Assembly (NCBI GenBank): GCA_965223845.1
Contig: CBDCXR010000004.1
Span: forward strand, 7,805,200 to 7,869,199
Length of the DNA stretch: 64,000 nt
Direction of reading: 5' to 3'
Source: Planctomycetota bacterium
Lineage (GTDB): Bacteria; Planctomycetota; UBA8108; SXIK01
The position numbers were made by a program, and so were the translations under genes. Positions 51,436-60,590 of this stretch are shown here, in pieces (within the stretch, counting starts at the first letter, position 1; every line of letters starts with the position of its first letter). Under the pieces are notes generated by a model. The model did not search any database. It was not told where the DNA came from and saw nothing but the letters and a program-made list of their open reading frames with translations.

Positions 51436-52067
51436 GAATCTTCCGAGCGAGAACCACCGCCGGATTCGTCGCTCGTTTTTTGAGATTCTTCGATCTCGTC
51501 GCCGGCCTGGTCGCGCCACGCCAGAAGGGCCCGCCGGTAGAGCGAGTGAACGGCGGTCTCCGACCGCGCCATCCGGACGGCGGTCTCCGCCGCGGTGAGT
51601 CCCTCGAACTGCCGGAGTGCGATCACGCGCTGGTGCGATTTTGACAGCCGTCCGAACGCGGCCGCGAGGTTGCCCTCCGACTCCAGCGCGACGGCTCGAG
51701 TCGCCGGGCCTGGAGCGGACGCGGCGATCGCGTTTCCGTGGACGCCGGTGATGCTCCAGTCCGAGCGAGCGAGCGGTACTTCGCGCCCTGCTCGCTTGTG
51801 CGCACGGATCGCGCGAGCGAGGTCGATTACGGTGTGGCGCGCGATCCGCGCGAGGAATCGGCGCAGCCGGAGCTCGCCGGGTTCGACAGGAGGAAGTCCA
51901 TCGCGCGCGGCGAGTGCGCGCAGGTAAACCTCCTGGGCGAGATCGTCGATCTCTGCTCGCGCGCGGACTCTCCGTCCGGCGAGATGGACGAGGAGCAGCG
52001 CGAGCCAGCTCGCCTGAGCGTTCAGACGAGCTCCGGGATCCCCGTCGGAAGAGTCTTCAGGCATCAC
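51432..52067 (-). CDS. ECF RNA polymerase sigma factor (kinase-associated)
   Basis: DDLAQEVYL, FLARIARHTVIDLAR, LRQFEGLTAAETA..M.RSETAVHSLYRRAL. Confidence 0.88.
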   Translation of the reverse strand: MMPEDSSDGDPGARLNAQASWLALLLVHLAGRRVRARAEIDDLAQEVYLRALAARDGLPPVEPGELRLRRFLARIARHTVIDLARAIRAHKRAGREVPLARSDWSITGVHGNAIAASAPGPATRAVALESEGNLAAAFGRLSKSHQRVIALRQFEGLTAAETAVRMARSETAVHSLYRRALLAWRDQAGDEIEESQKTSDESGGGSRSEDS

Positions 52068-52229
52068 GGGCGAAACAACTCAGTGGACGGCCGCCTGCAG
52101 CGCCGGCGGGACGGGGTGGAGGATCGGAACGACGGTGAAACGACGCGCCGGCGCACGCGTCTTGGTCTTTGATCGGGCTTTTTGCGCGCGGCGGTTCGTC
52201 GATCGCGCAGCTCAGCGTATCATATCCAC

Positions 52230-52754
52230 ATGGATCGACGTCGATTTCGAGTTGTGACGATCGCTGCGATCGGGGCAGGCGCGACGATGCTCCTCGCGGC
52301 GGCGGTGTTTTGGATCCCGCTCTCGGACCACTACCACCGCTACCGTCTGCGATCGAGCGATGAGACGGTGCGGCTCGACGCCATCGCGCGGCTGGTTCAG
52401 AGTGGGAGCTCGCGGTCCGTGCCCGCGCTCGTCGAGACGTTTCGCTCGGACTCTTCCGCGCGAGTTCGGCTGGCGGCGCTGCGGGCGCTCGAGGTCTTGC
52501 CGCTCGGCGGGCACCGCGCGAGCGTTTTCGACGCCGTGCAGAAGACCATCCTCGAGGAGGCGCTGAGCGCTGGATCCGTTGCAGAGGACCCGGAGTTCCG
52601 AGTCCGAGTCGCGCGCAAAGATCGTTTTCACGTCGAGGTTTCCTTCGGCGTCGACTCAAAGTGGCACATCGTCGTAGGCGCGATCGATTCGAGCCGAGAG
52701 CTCGGAATCGAGAGCGTCACATTGACGACCGAGGAAAGCCGCTCCACGCCGTGA
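52230..52754 (+). CDS. Membrane-anchored HEAT-repeat hypothetical protein
   Basis: N-terminal TM; DETVRLDAIARL, VPALVE..DSSARVRLAALRAL. Confidence 0.6.
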   Translation: MDRRRFRVVTIAAIGAGATMLLAAAVFWIPLSDHYHRYRLRSSDETVRLDAIARLVQSGSSRSVPALVETFRSDSSARVRLAALRALEVLPLGGHRASVFDAVQKTILEEALSAGSVAEDPEFRVRVARKDRFHVEVSFGVDSKWHIVVGAIDSSRELGIESVTLTTEESRSTP

Positions 52755-52773
52755 GGCGAGCTCGGAGGAAGAA

Positions 52774-54342
52774 GTGAACGATCGGGGAGAGATGATCCGC
52801 CGTGCGGATCCGCGCGATCCGGAGATCGGCCGCCGAGAGATGTTGCGGCGCGTCGCCGGTGGAAGCCTCGCGTGGCCGCTGATCGGCTGCCGGACGTTCG
52901 ATCGAACCGGGGCGCGAGTCGATCGCGATCGACTCGTGCGGGAGAACCGTCGACCGGGAACTCGCGCGTGGATGCTCGAAACGACGGGCGTCGATACCGA
53001 GGCGCGTTACCGTTGTCCGCGTATCGAAGGCTACTGCTCAAAGACGAGCGTGCGGGCCGGGGACACGATTCAGCTTCACGTCAGCACGAATCCCGCATCG
53101 CCGTTTACGATCGATCTCTATCGAATGGGCTACTACGGCGGCGACGGCGCACGTCACGTGCTCTCGCTCGGACCGTTTCCCGGGAGCACTCAGGGCGATC
53201 CGCCGGTCGGGCGGCGGCGTATCCGGGAGTGCGGGTGGGAGCCTTGCGCGGCGCTTCGAATCCCCGACGATTGGCTGAGCGGTGTCTACATCGGAAAGTT
53301 GACGGCCGAGCGGAGCGGCTGGCAGAGCTACATAATCTTCATCGTGCGCGATGACCGTCCCGCCGACGTCATCTTTCAGTGCTCCGACACAACGTGGCAG
53401 GCCTACAACCGCTGGCCGGATCAGTTCTCTCTTTACGACGACGGGAAGACGGAGTGGTACTGGGGCCCGGGTGTGGACGTCAGCTTCGATCGTCCGTACG
53501 GGAAGTACTGTCAGATTCTCGATGCGCCGCTCTCGATCGGGTCGGGCGAGTGGTTCCTCTGGGAGTTCCCCGTGGCGTTTTGGCTCGAGGCGCGGGGATA
53601 CGACGTGACCTACATTTCGAATCTCGACACGCATGCAGACCCCACGGGACTCCTTCGCGCGAGGGGGTTCCTCTCGGTCGGCCACGACGAGTACTATTCG
53701 CTCGAGATGTACCACGGGATTCAGCACGCGATCGCGAGCGGAGTGAGTGTGGCGTTTCTCTCGGGAAATACGTGCTGCGGCCGGATCGATCCTCGTCCGA
53801 GCTCGTCCGGCGCGCCGAACCGGGTGTTTTCTCGGATCGACTTCTTCGGTCCGCGTGACGAAGCCGAGCTCGAGCGGTTTCCGACCATGGCTCTTCTTCC
53901 GCACCGAAGTCCGAATCCCGCCGATCTCATCGGCGCCCGGAGCGTCGCACCGATCACCGGCGGAGCCGACTGGACGTGCTCGCGGCCGGATCACTGGCTC
54001 TTCGCCGGAACGGGCATGCGGCAGGGTGAAGGGATCCCGGGACTCGTCGGATGGGAGTGGCACGGCGATCCGGCGGACCGGGACGGACTCGAGGTCGTCT
54101 CGACGGGGCCGACCTATTCCGCGCCCGGACAACCGAATGGCGGCGTGTATACGGCGACGGTGTATCCCGGTCCGAAAGGAAATGTCGTCTTCAATGCGGC
54201 GACGTGCTGGTGGGGCGACGCGCTCTCCGCTCCACCCGGATACGTTCGACCTTCGGTGTACACTTCGCCGCGCGGTCCGGACGCTCGCGCACAAAAGATC
54301 ACGGAGAATCTGCTCGCGCGCATGCTCGGCGGCGACGAGTGA
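52774..54342 (+). CDS. N,N-dimethylformamidase beta-subunit family protein (Tat-like signal)
   Basis: IEGYCSKTSVRAG, WLSGVY, TTWQAYNRW, VSFDRPY, SVGHDEY, FLSGN; GRREML signal. Confidence 0.8.
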   Translation: MNDRGEMIRRADPRDPEIGRREMLRRVAGGSLAWPLIGCRTFDRTGARVDRDRLVRENRRPGTRAWMLETTGVDTEARYRCPRIEGYCSKTSVRAGDTIQLHVSTNPASPFTIDLYRMGYYGGDGARHVLSLGPFPGSTQGDPPVGRRRIRECGWEPCAALRIPDDWLSGVYIGKLTAERSGWQSYIIFIVRDDRPADVIFQCSDTTWQAYNRWPDQFSLYDDGKTEWYWGPGVDVSFDRPYGKYCQILDAPLSIGSGEWFLWEFPVAFWLEARGYDVTYISNLDTHADPTGLLRARGFLSVGHDEYYSLEMYHGIQHAIASGVSVAFLSGNTCCGRIDPRPSSSGAPNRVFSRIDFFGPRDEAELERFPTMALLPHRSPNPADLIGARSVAPITGGADWTCSRPDHWLFAGTGMRQGEGIPGLVGWEWHGDPADRDGLEVVSTGPTYSAPGQPNGGVYTATVYPGPKGNVVFNAATCWWGDALSAPPGYVRPSVYTSPRGPDARAQKITENLLARMLGGDE

Positions 54343-54885
54343 GTGAATGGGATGAAGATCAGGAGCCTCACGTGTGAAAACTGCGGTGCGCCGCTCGAGA
54401 TCCCGGCGCGGAATCGACATGCGCAGTGCGAGTACTGCGGTTCCCGGCTCCAAATCGACCAGAGCGGAGCGCCGCACGTCACGGAAGGCCCCGAGGAGCA
54501 GCCGAACGCGAAGCGACTCGCGGCCGAGGTGCGCGCGCTCCGGGGAGAGAAGCGTCTCGAGCGTCTCGATCGCGAGTGGACCGAAGAGCGTCGTCGTTAT
54601 CTCTCCGGCGGGAAGAAGGGACTCCGAGTTCCGTCCATCGCCGGGAGTGCGCTCGGAGGCTGTTTCGCGACGGCGTTCGGCATCGTGTGGATGGTGATCG
54701 CGGCCGGCATCAGTGGTCCGTTCGCACTCTTCGGCCTCGTGTTCATCGGCATGGCCGTGCTGAGCTCGGCGGCTGGCATCACTCGCGCGACGAAGTTCCG
54801 CAAGGCGAGGAAGAAGTTCGATTCGAAGCGCCACAAGCTCGTCGGTGAGCTCATGAAGTGGCCGCGATGGTTCCCCGATACGTAG
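54343..54885 (+). CDS. Zinc-ribbon membrane protein
   Basis: CENCGAPL..CEYCGS, coiled coil, two TM helices. Confidence 0.7.
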   Translation: MNGMKIRSLTCENCGAPLEIPARNRHAQCEYCGSRLQIDQSGAPHVTEGPEEQPNAKRLAAEVRALRGEKRLERLDREWTEERRRYLSGGKKGLRVPSIAGSALGGCFATAFGIVWMVIAAGISGPFALFGLVFIGMAVLSSAAGITRATKFRKARKKFDSKRHKLVGELMKWPRWFPDT

Positions 54886-54947
54886 ACACTCGCGAAGAGA
54901 TCGCCGCGAAGAGCGTGCTCCCCGGATCCTTGGAGCAACTCTCGCCC

Positions 54948-56039
54948 TCAGCGACCGACGAGAGCGTCAGCGTTCGAGAGCGACCGCACGATCGTCCCCG
55001 CGAGAGTCTGCGCGGTTCGAGGCGCGAGCAAGATACCGTTGCGGAAGTGTCCGGTCGCGACGAAGGACCCGCGCGGACCGAACGGGCCGACCGTCGGAAG
55101 CGTGCTTTCGCCGCGCGGCCGGAGTCCGGCCCAGGCCTCGACGAGTTTCGTGGAGCGGAGTCCCGGGCAGAACTCGGCGGCTCGAGTTTGAAGATCGTCG
55201 ATCGCAGTGCGTTCGACGGTCTTGTCGAAACCCTTTTCTTCGACCGTCGTTCCGATGACGATCCGTCCGTCGCCGCGCGGGACGATGTAGGTGAGGTGCG
55301 AATAGATGACGTGGGTCGGAAGAAGAACGTCGCCCTGTTCCTGGGTCGACTCGAGTAGCAGCATTTGACCCTTCACCGGTCGAGCGGGCACCGAGGCGCC
55401 GTCGACTTCGACCTCGCTCGCCCACGCGCCGGCGCAGTTGACGACGACGTCGGCGGGGATGCCTTCTCCGTCGCTCGTTCGAACCCCGGTGACGCGACCG
55501 CCCCGAACGATCACTTCGCGCGCGGACACACCGGAGCGGATCTCGACTCGACGGCGACCCGAGGCGGCGACGAGCGCCTCAGCGAGTGCACGGTTGTCGA
55601 CGCTCCCTTCTTCGGAGTAGAAGAGCGCGGCCGTGACGGATGGGGCCAAGCTCGGCTCGACGCTCTCGAGCTCGTCGGGACGAAGGAGCCGGGCACCGGC
55701 CGGAACCTCGATTTGCTCGGCTGCCTCGATTGGCGAGATGATTCCGTTCAAACGAAGGCCGACATCGATCTCCGTTTCGTGCTCGAGCTCGCGCACATAC
55801 TCCGGATAGATCCGCAGCGCCTCTCGTCCGAGAGCCGCCAGTTCCGGCGCTTCGTGCGACTCGAGTCGCGGCGCCAGCATCCCTGCGGCCGCGCGCGTCG
55901 CCTCGCCGGCCGGCTGGGCCCGCTCGAGCACCGTGACGCGGAATTTCCCGCACAGAGGGGAGGCACCCGCGAGCTCGCGCGCGATCGCGAGGCCGACGAT
56001 GCCGCCGCCGACGATAATCACTCTCGGACCGGATTCCAT
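54948..56039 (-). CDS. thiO: Glycine oxidase ThiO
   Basis: GGGIVG, ATRAAAGMLAP, PVKGQM, YIVPR.DG, WAGLRP, ATGHFRNGILLAP. Confidence 0.88.
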   Translation of the reverse strand: MESGPRVIIVGGGIVGLAIARELAGASPLCGKFRVTVLERAQPAGEATRAAAGMLAPRLESHEAPELAALGREALRIYPEYVRELEHETEIDVGLRLNGIISPIEAAEQIEVPAGARLLRPDELESVEPSLAPSVTAALFYSEEGSVDNRALAEALVAASGRRRVEIRSGVSAREVIVRGGRVTGVRTSDGEGIPADVVVNCAGAWASEVEVDGASVPARPVKGQMLLLESTQEQGDVLLPTHVIYSHLTYIVPRGDGRIVIGTTVEEKGFDKTVERTAIDDLQTRAAEFCPGLRSTKLVEAWAGLRPRGESTLPTVGPFGPRGSFVATGHFRNGILLAPRTAQTLAGTIVRSLSNADALVGR

Positions 56040-56253
56040 CGCGCTTTCGGTTGGCTGGAGGAACTGCGGGCGAACTCCGAGCGAGAAGCTCGACGAGGAA
56101 GCCGGAACCGGCCGCGAAAGGTCGTCTCGGGCGGCCTCGTCGTCCGCGATGTTCGACGATTCGTCCCGAATCGTCCGCGGCTCGCATCGCGCGGCCGCCC
56201 GAGATGACTCGCCTTCCGTCTTCGAACCCGTTCCGGGGTAGACCCTCCGGGAT

Positions 56254-57798
56254 CTAACCCTTCGGGCAGGCTACCATCCGCCGCGCTCGCGCGAAGTGGA
56301 AATCCTTCAGCGTCTGCTCCTTGTTGTGGCAGACGAGGCAGTCTTTGCGCGTGATTCGACCGAACCGATGCTGCTTCGGATCATCGACGTGCTGCGGATT
56401 TGTCCCGTGGCACGATTCGCATTGTACGTTCGCGTACACTCCGGCGTTCGTCACGTCGAGGAACGCCTTCCCGTATCCGAGCGTATGGCACCCGATGCAG
56501 TCGAAACGGCGGTGGTTGTTCTCTCGCTCGAGTGACGCCATCGCGACCGCATGTTTCGTTCCTTTCCACCACTCGTACTGTTTCTCGTGGCAGCCCTGGC
56601 ACTTCGCGGCCGTCAAGTAGTCCGCGCGGTGGGGAAGCTCCGCTTCGCCCGCTTTCACGCTCGCGAGGTCGACGTTGTTCTTCCAGGCCTCGACGAGTTG
56701 GTCGATTTCCGGGTCGGTGAGGTGGTGGGGTTCGATCGACGTGATCTGGAAGTCGAACTCGTTTCGCTCGCGGAGCTCTGCGAGCTTCGCTCGGTCGGCC
56801 TCCGTCGCGTTCGGCGTCTTGACGAGATCTTCGAGGTCGGCGAGATCGGCCCAGTGAACAAGGGGTTTCCCGGAACGGGTCATCTCGATGTCGAGGCATC
56901 CGAGTCGCGCGCCTTGGCCGTCACCGCGGAGGAAGACGGTGTCTTTCCGCGTCGAGAGCCACTCGTCCTTCTTGATCCACGTGTGTGGATTCCCGTACTG
57001 GATGTAGGGATCGATCAGAATCTGCACTTCTGGGAATGCGTCCGCGAGCTCGCGGTTGACCTCCTCGCGAAGGTGCGAGAGAGCGACGATGAGGTCGACC
57101 TTCCCTTTGAGCTCGGCGAGTGACTTCGCGAGGGCATCCTTCGGGCTCTCGACGCGCGTGCCGGGGGCCACCTTGCCGAGGAAGACCTTGCTCATCGACT
57201 CGAGAGTGAGCCCGATCACGCCGACGCGCACGCCGCCGACCGTTTCGACGATGTGCGGCTCGAAGAGCAGCTCCCCGGTCTTCGCGTCGACGAGATTCGC
57301 CGACAGGAGCTCGAACTTCGCTTTCTTCTCGAGGTCGCGCAGCGCATCCAGTCCACCCGCGAGCTCAAACGGACCGACCGCCATCGCGCGGTAGCCCATG
57401 CGGTTGTACGCCTCGACGATCACCGCAGCCTTGCGGATCGCCTCAGCGCGCTCCGCGTCCTTAACGCGATCGCCGACCTTGTAGAGCGAGCTCCCGCCGT
57501 CGAGAAGAAGGATCTCCCGACCGGTTGCGCGAATCTGGCGAAGGAAGCTCGCTCGGCGCGTGAGACTCCCCTGACGCACTTCCTTGTGCTTACAACCGCA
57601 GACATCGATGTAGCCGGAGTTGTTCACATTGTAGATCAACGTGAACTTCTTCGCGGCCGCATCGGAAGGGGCCGCGGTCTCATCCGGAACGGCCGGCGCA
57701 CCGGTCGCGCTCGCGCCGTCACTCCACGCAAACACTCCGATCAGAGATCCCGCACCGAGGACGGCGCACAGCGCGCGAGCCGCGACACACTTGGACAT
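56254..57798 (-). CDS. Secreted UshA-like (CGC) domain + tetraheme cytochrome c; Cys paralogue
   Basis: Signal peptide; YNVNNSGYIDVCGC..GSLTRRA..LLDGGS; CQGCH, CIGCH, CESCH, CLVCH. Confidence 0.88.
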   Translation of the reverse strand: MSKCVAARALCAVLGAGSLIGVFAWSDGASATGAPAVPDETAAPSDAAAKKFTLIYNVNNSGYIDVCGCKHKEVRQGSLTRRASFLRQIRATGREILLLDGGSSLYKVGDRVKDAERAEAIRKAAVIVEAYNRMGYRAMAVGPFELAGGLDALRDLEKKAKFELLSANLVDAKTGELLFEPHIVETVGGVRVGVIGLTLESMSKVFLGKVAPGTRVESPKDALAKSLAELKGKVDLIVALSHLREEVNRELADAFPEVQILIDPYIQYGNPHTWIKKDEWLSTRKDTVFLRGDGQGARLGCLDIEMTRSGKPLVHWADLADLEDLVKTPNATEADRAKLAELRERNEFDFQITSIEPHHLTDPEIDQLVEAWKNNVDLASVKAGEAELPHRADYLTAAKCQGCHEKQYEWWKGTKHAVAMASLERENNHRRFDCIGCHTLGYGKAFLDVTNAGVYANVQCESCHGTNPQHVDDPKQHRFGRITRKDCLVCHNKEQTLKDFHFARARRMVACPKG

Positions 57799-57827
57799 GA
57801 GCTCATCTCTCTCCGCTGGACCGGCGG

Positions 57828-59276
57828 TCACTCCGGCTTCATCTTCGGACAGGAAACCTTGTCGATCGTCTCCGTGTAGCTGAACTGCTTTTGCGTGTAT
57901 TCGGGGTTGTGGCAGCCCCAGCACACTCCGTCGGAGACCTCGCCGAAGCGGTACGCGCGGGGGTTTGTGGCGTGCTTCGGCTCGATGCCGTGGCAGTTCT
58001 CGCACTGAACCTCTTTGAACGACTGCGCTTCAATGGGGCGCGTGTACGCGATTCCGTACCCGAGCGTGTGACAGCCGATGCAGTCGGTGCGCTCCGTCGC
58101 GCCGATCGGAACGAGCGTCTCGAAGTTGTTCGCATGGCGGGTCGACTTCCAGAACTGATCCTGCTCCTCGTGGCAGGCGGCGCAGGCCTCGGCTCCGGCG
58201 AGCTCCTCGATCGGGAACCGCTCACTGGGGTCGAAGTTCGCCGGAAGCTCGAACTTGCCGCCGCGCCTCACGAGTTTCATGAGGTCGGACATGGCGGGGT
58301 GGTCCATGATGTGCGGCTCGAGCGCGACGTTGTACCCCTCGTAGCTCGAGTACTTCTTCGTCGCGGGGTCGATCGTCATCTCGAACACGCCGACGCGTGC
58401 TCCCTGGCCGTCGATACGAAGTCGCGGTGTCCCGTGGATCTCACGGCAGTAGTCCTCGTCCCCGGAGACCCAAATCAGCTTCGATCCGAAGCGAGCGAGC
58501 GGGTCGACCATCGCATCGATGTCCGGGTTCTTCGCCAGGATCTCCGTATTCGTTTTCTCGAAGCAGTGGGAGAGTGCGATCACGATGTCGCTCTTCTCCT
58601 TGAGCTCCGCGACCACTCGCTCCGAAACGACACGGGGATCGAGGATCTCACCGTCGGGGATCACGCGCCGCGCGAAGTTCGGGTTGACGCGCTCCTGAAT
58701 GACCGCGTAGATCCCGAAGCGCACACCGCCGACCTCTTTGATGATGTACGGCTGGAAGTAGGGCTTCTTCGTCGCCTTGTCGACGAGGTTGGCGCAGAGT
58801 AGCGGAAACCGCGCATCGCGCGCGAGCCGCTGGAGACTGTCGAGCCCGAGCTGAAGGTCCTGCGGTCCGACGGCGACCGCGTCGTAGCCGAACACGTTGT
58901 ACGCGTTGAGGATCACCATCGCGTCGAGCCAAGCCCGACGTTCTTCGGTTCGGTCCGGCGCCTTGTTGGTCGCGATGCGGAAGAAAGTATCGCCGCCATC
59001 GACGAGCAGCACGGGGCGATCGAGTCCCCGGAGCTGCTGGAGATAGGTCATGCGTCTAGGCAAACTGCCTAGCTTGATCTTTTTCTTCGGTCACCCGCAG
59101 GTCTTTAGGTAGCCGACATTGTTCACCGTATACGCGAGAAAGATCTTCTCCGCGGGTTTCGGCGGCGTCGCGGGGACGGCAAACCCCCAGCGCGCAGCAG
59201 CGATCGTCGCCGCGAGGGCCACGATCCCGGCGAGGAGCTTCGGCGCCGGACGAGTGATCAAGAGTATGGTGGGCAT
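57828..59276 (-). CDS. Selenoprotein: secreted UshA-like (CGU) domain + tetraheme cytochrome c, 482 aa, Sec at TGA 59091-59093
   Basis: ORFs 59091..60104 and 57828..59063 are one frame: YTVNNVGYLKTCG-U-PKKKIKLGSLPRRMTYL aligns without gaps to paralogue CGC; CAACH, CIGCH, CENCH, CWGCH. Confidence 0.9.
59056..59072 (-). promoter_or_regulatory. Candidate bacterial SECIS element
   Basis: CTAGGCA-GTT-TGCCTAG perfect hairpin starting 18 nt after the UGA, loop begins GU; built from codons atypical for a high-GC genome (CTA, AGT, TTG, CCT, AGA). Confidence 0.75.
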
Positions 59277-59380
59277 AGGGGGATCGAATCCTCTGGGGCA
59301 GCCTTCGAAGGAAACGCATCGCGACGCCGCGCTTCGCTCGACTCTTCGGCTCGTTGCGGCCGAGCGATCGACGCTCCGAC

Positions 59381-60577
59381 TCAAACCTCGAGGCAAGACG
59401 CGGCGCAGCCCGAGTCGCCCGGCTCTTCTTCGGCCGGTGCACCCGGAGTCGCCGCACCGTGAGCGACCTGAAGCATGTACGCGACGTCCTCGACGTCCAG
59501 TTTGCCGTCGGAGTTCGGGTCCGTCGGGCACGGCGCGTCCTCGGTGGGACGAACGGTCGATTCTCCAGGATCGGCCTCGGAGCGCAACAGCCTGGACGCG
59601 AGGAAATATCCGACGCGGAGCTGTTGCTCGACCGCGGCGCTCGGCTTGATGCGAACCACGTAGACGTGAGCCCGACGAGTGCCGTGAAGCAAGATCGCGC
59701 GAACGCGCGGAGTCGAGCTGTACGTGTGGATGGCCTCGCAATCCGTGTCGGTCGCTGCGTCGAGCGGGAGCGACACCGCGAGCGGCGGCCCCAGCCGACA
59801 CGAAACCGGCTGAGTGCTCGGGCCATCGCTTCCCGGGCGCCGGCAGAGGAACATGTCGCTCGGGAGCTCGTCGGGACGCGTGGTGGAGAGGCTGGCGAGA
59901 GTGACGGCAGGCTCGGTACGAGCCGTGCTCGATCGGCTGGCGAGGACGGTGCCTTCGTCGACCATCGCGAGATCCGTCGGAATGCGTTCCTCGACAAGAC
60001 CCTTCGCCGAGCGCGGTGGCTCCGTTTCGAGCGCGCTCGAAACGGCGGCGCGTGCGGTCGCATCGTCCGGGGCGGACGCGACGATCGGAGACTCGTTCCA
60101 CCACTCGGGGCGCGAAGAGAACGTCCAGACACCCGCGGCGGCGATGACCGCCGCGGCTGCGGCCGCGATCCAGGCGGAACCGCCGCGACCGATGCGCGCC
60201 CCGACGCGCTCGAATTCCGTGCGCGCCGCGGGAGCGGATTCCGATTCGATCGCGGAGCGAACTTTACCGGCGAACCGCTCGGAGAGCGCCGGACTGTCGA
60301 GGAGTGACTCGACGAGCCAGAGCCGCTCGACGTCGAGCTGCTCCTTCCGATCGGCGCACGAACGACAAGACGCCAGGTGTTCGGCGATGCGCCGCGAACG
60401 GATCGGATCGATCTCGCCTTCGACGTAACGGTGAAGGAGCGGGACGACCGACGTACAGTTGGTTTCGTCCCGGCTCGCGGAACCCTCTATGAGTTCGTCG
60501 CCGCGCGTCGCCGCGGCGTGAACGTCATTCTGCGTCACCGGATCGTGACTGGATTCGTTCTCTCGTGAGCTGTTCAT
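59381..60577 (-). CDS. Zinc-binding anti-sigma factor (zf-HC2) with TM helix and extracytoplasmic domain
   Basis: YVEGEI..HLASCRSC, TM WIAAAAAAVIAAAGVW, C-terminal DPNSDGKLDVED loop; follows ECF sigma. Confidence 0.82.
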   Translation of the reverse strand: MNSSRENESSHDPVTQNDVHAAATRGDELIEGSASRDETNCTSVVPLLHRYVEGEIDPIRSRRIAEHLASCRSCADRKEQLDVERLWLVESLLDSPALSERFAGKVRSAIESESAPAARTEFERVGARIGRGGSAWIAAAAAAVIAAAGVWTFSSRPEWWNESPIVASAPDDATARAAVSSALETEPPRSAKGLVEERIPTDLAMVDEGTVLASRSSTARTEPAVTLASLSTTRPDELPSDMFLCRRPGSDGPSTQPVSCRLGPPLAVSLPLDAATDTDCEAIHTYSSTPRVRAILLHGTRRAHVYVVRIKPSAAVEQQLRVGYFLASRLLRSEADPGESTVRPTEDAPCPTDPNSDGKLDVEDVAYMLQVAHGAATPGAPAEEEPGDSGCAASCLEV

Positions 60578-60590
60578 CGCTTTCTACGCT

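Noticed and set aside
53038-54834. Long antisense or alternate-frame ORFs (also 25193..26662, 14517..15863, 23751..25103, 30980..32272)
   Set aside because: Shadow ORFs typical of high-GC DNA, Arg/Pro-rich and overlapping well-supported genes
54948-56039. thiO as a member of the selenocytochrome operon
   Set aside because: Same strand but 214 bp apart, with no functional link supportable from sequence alone
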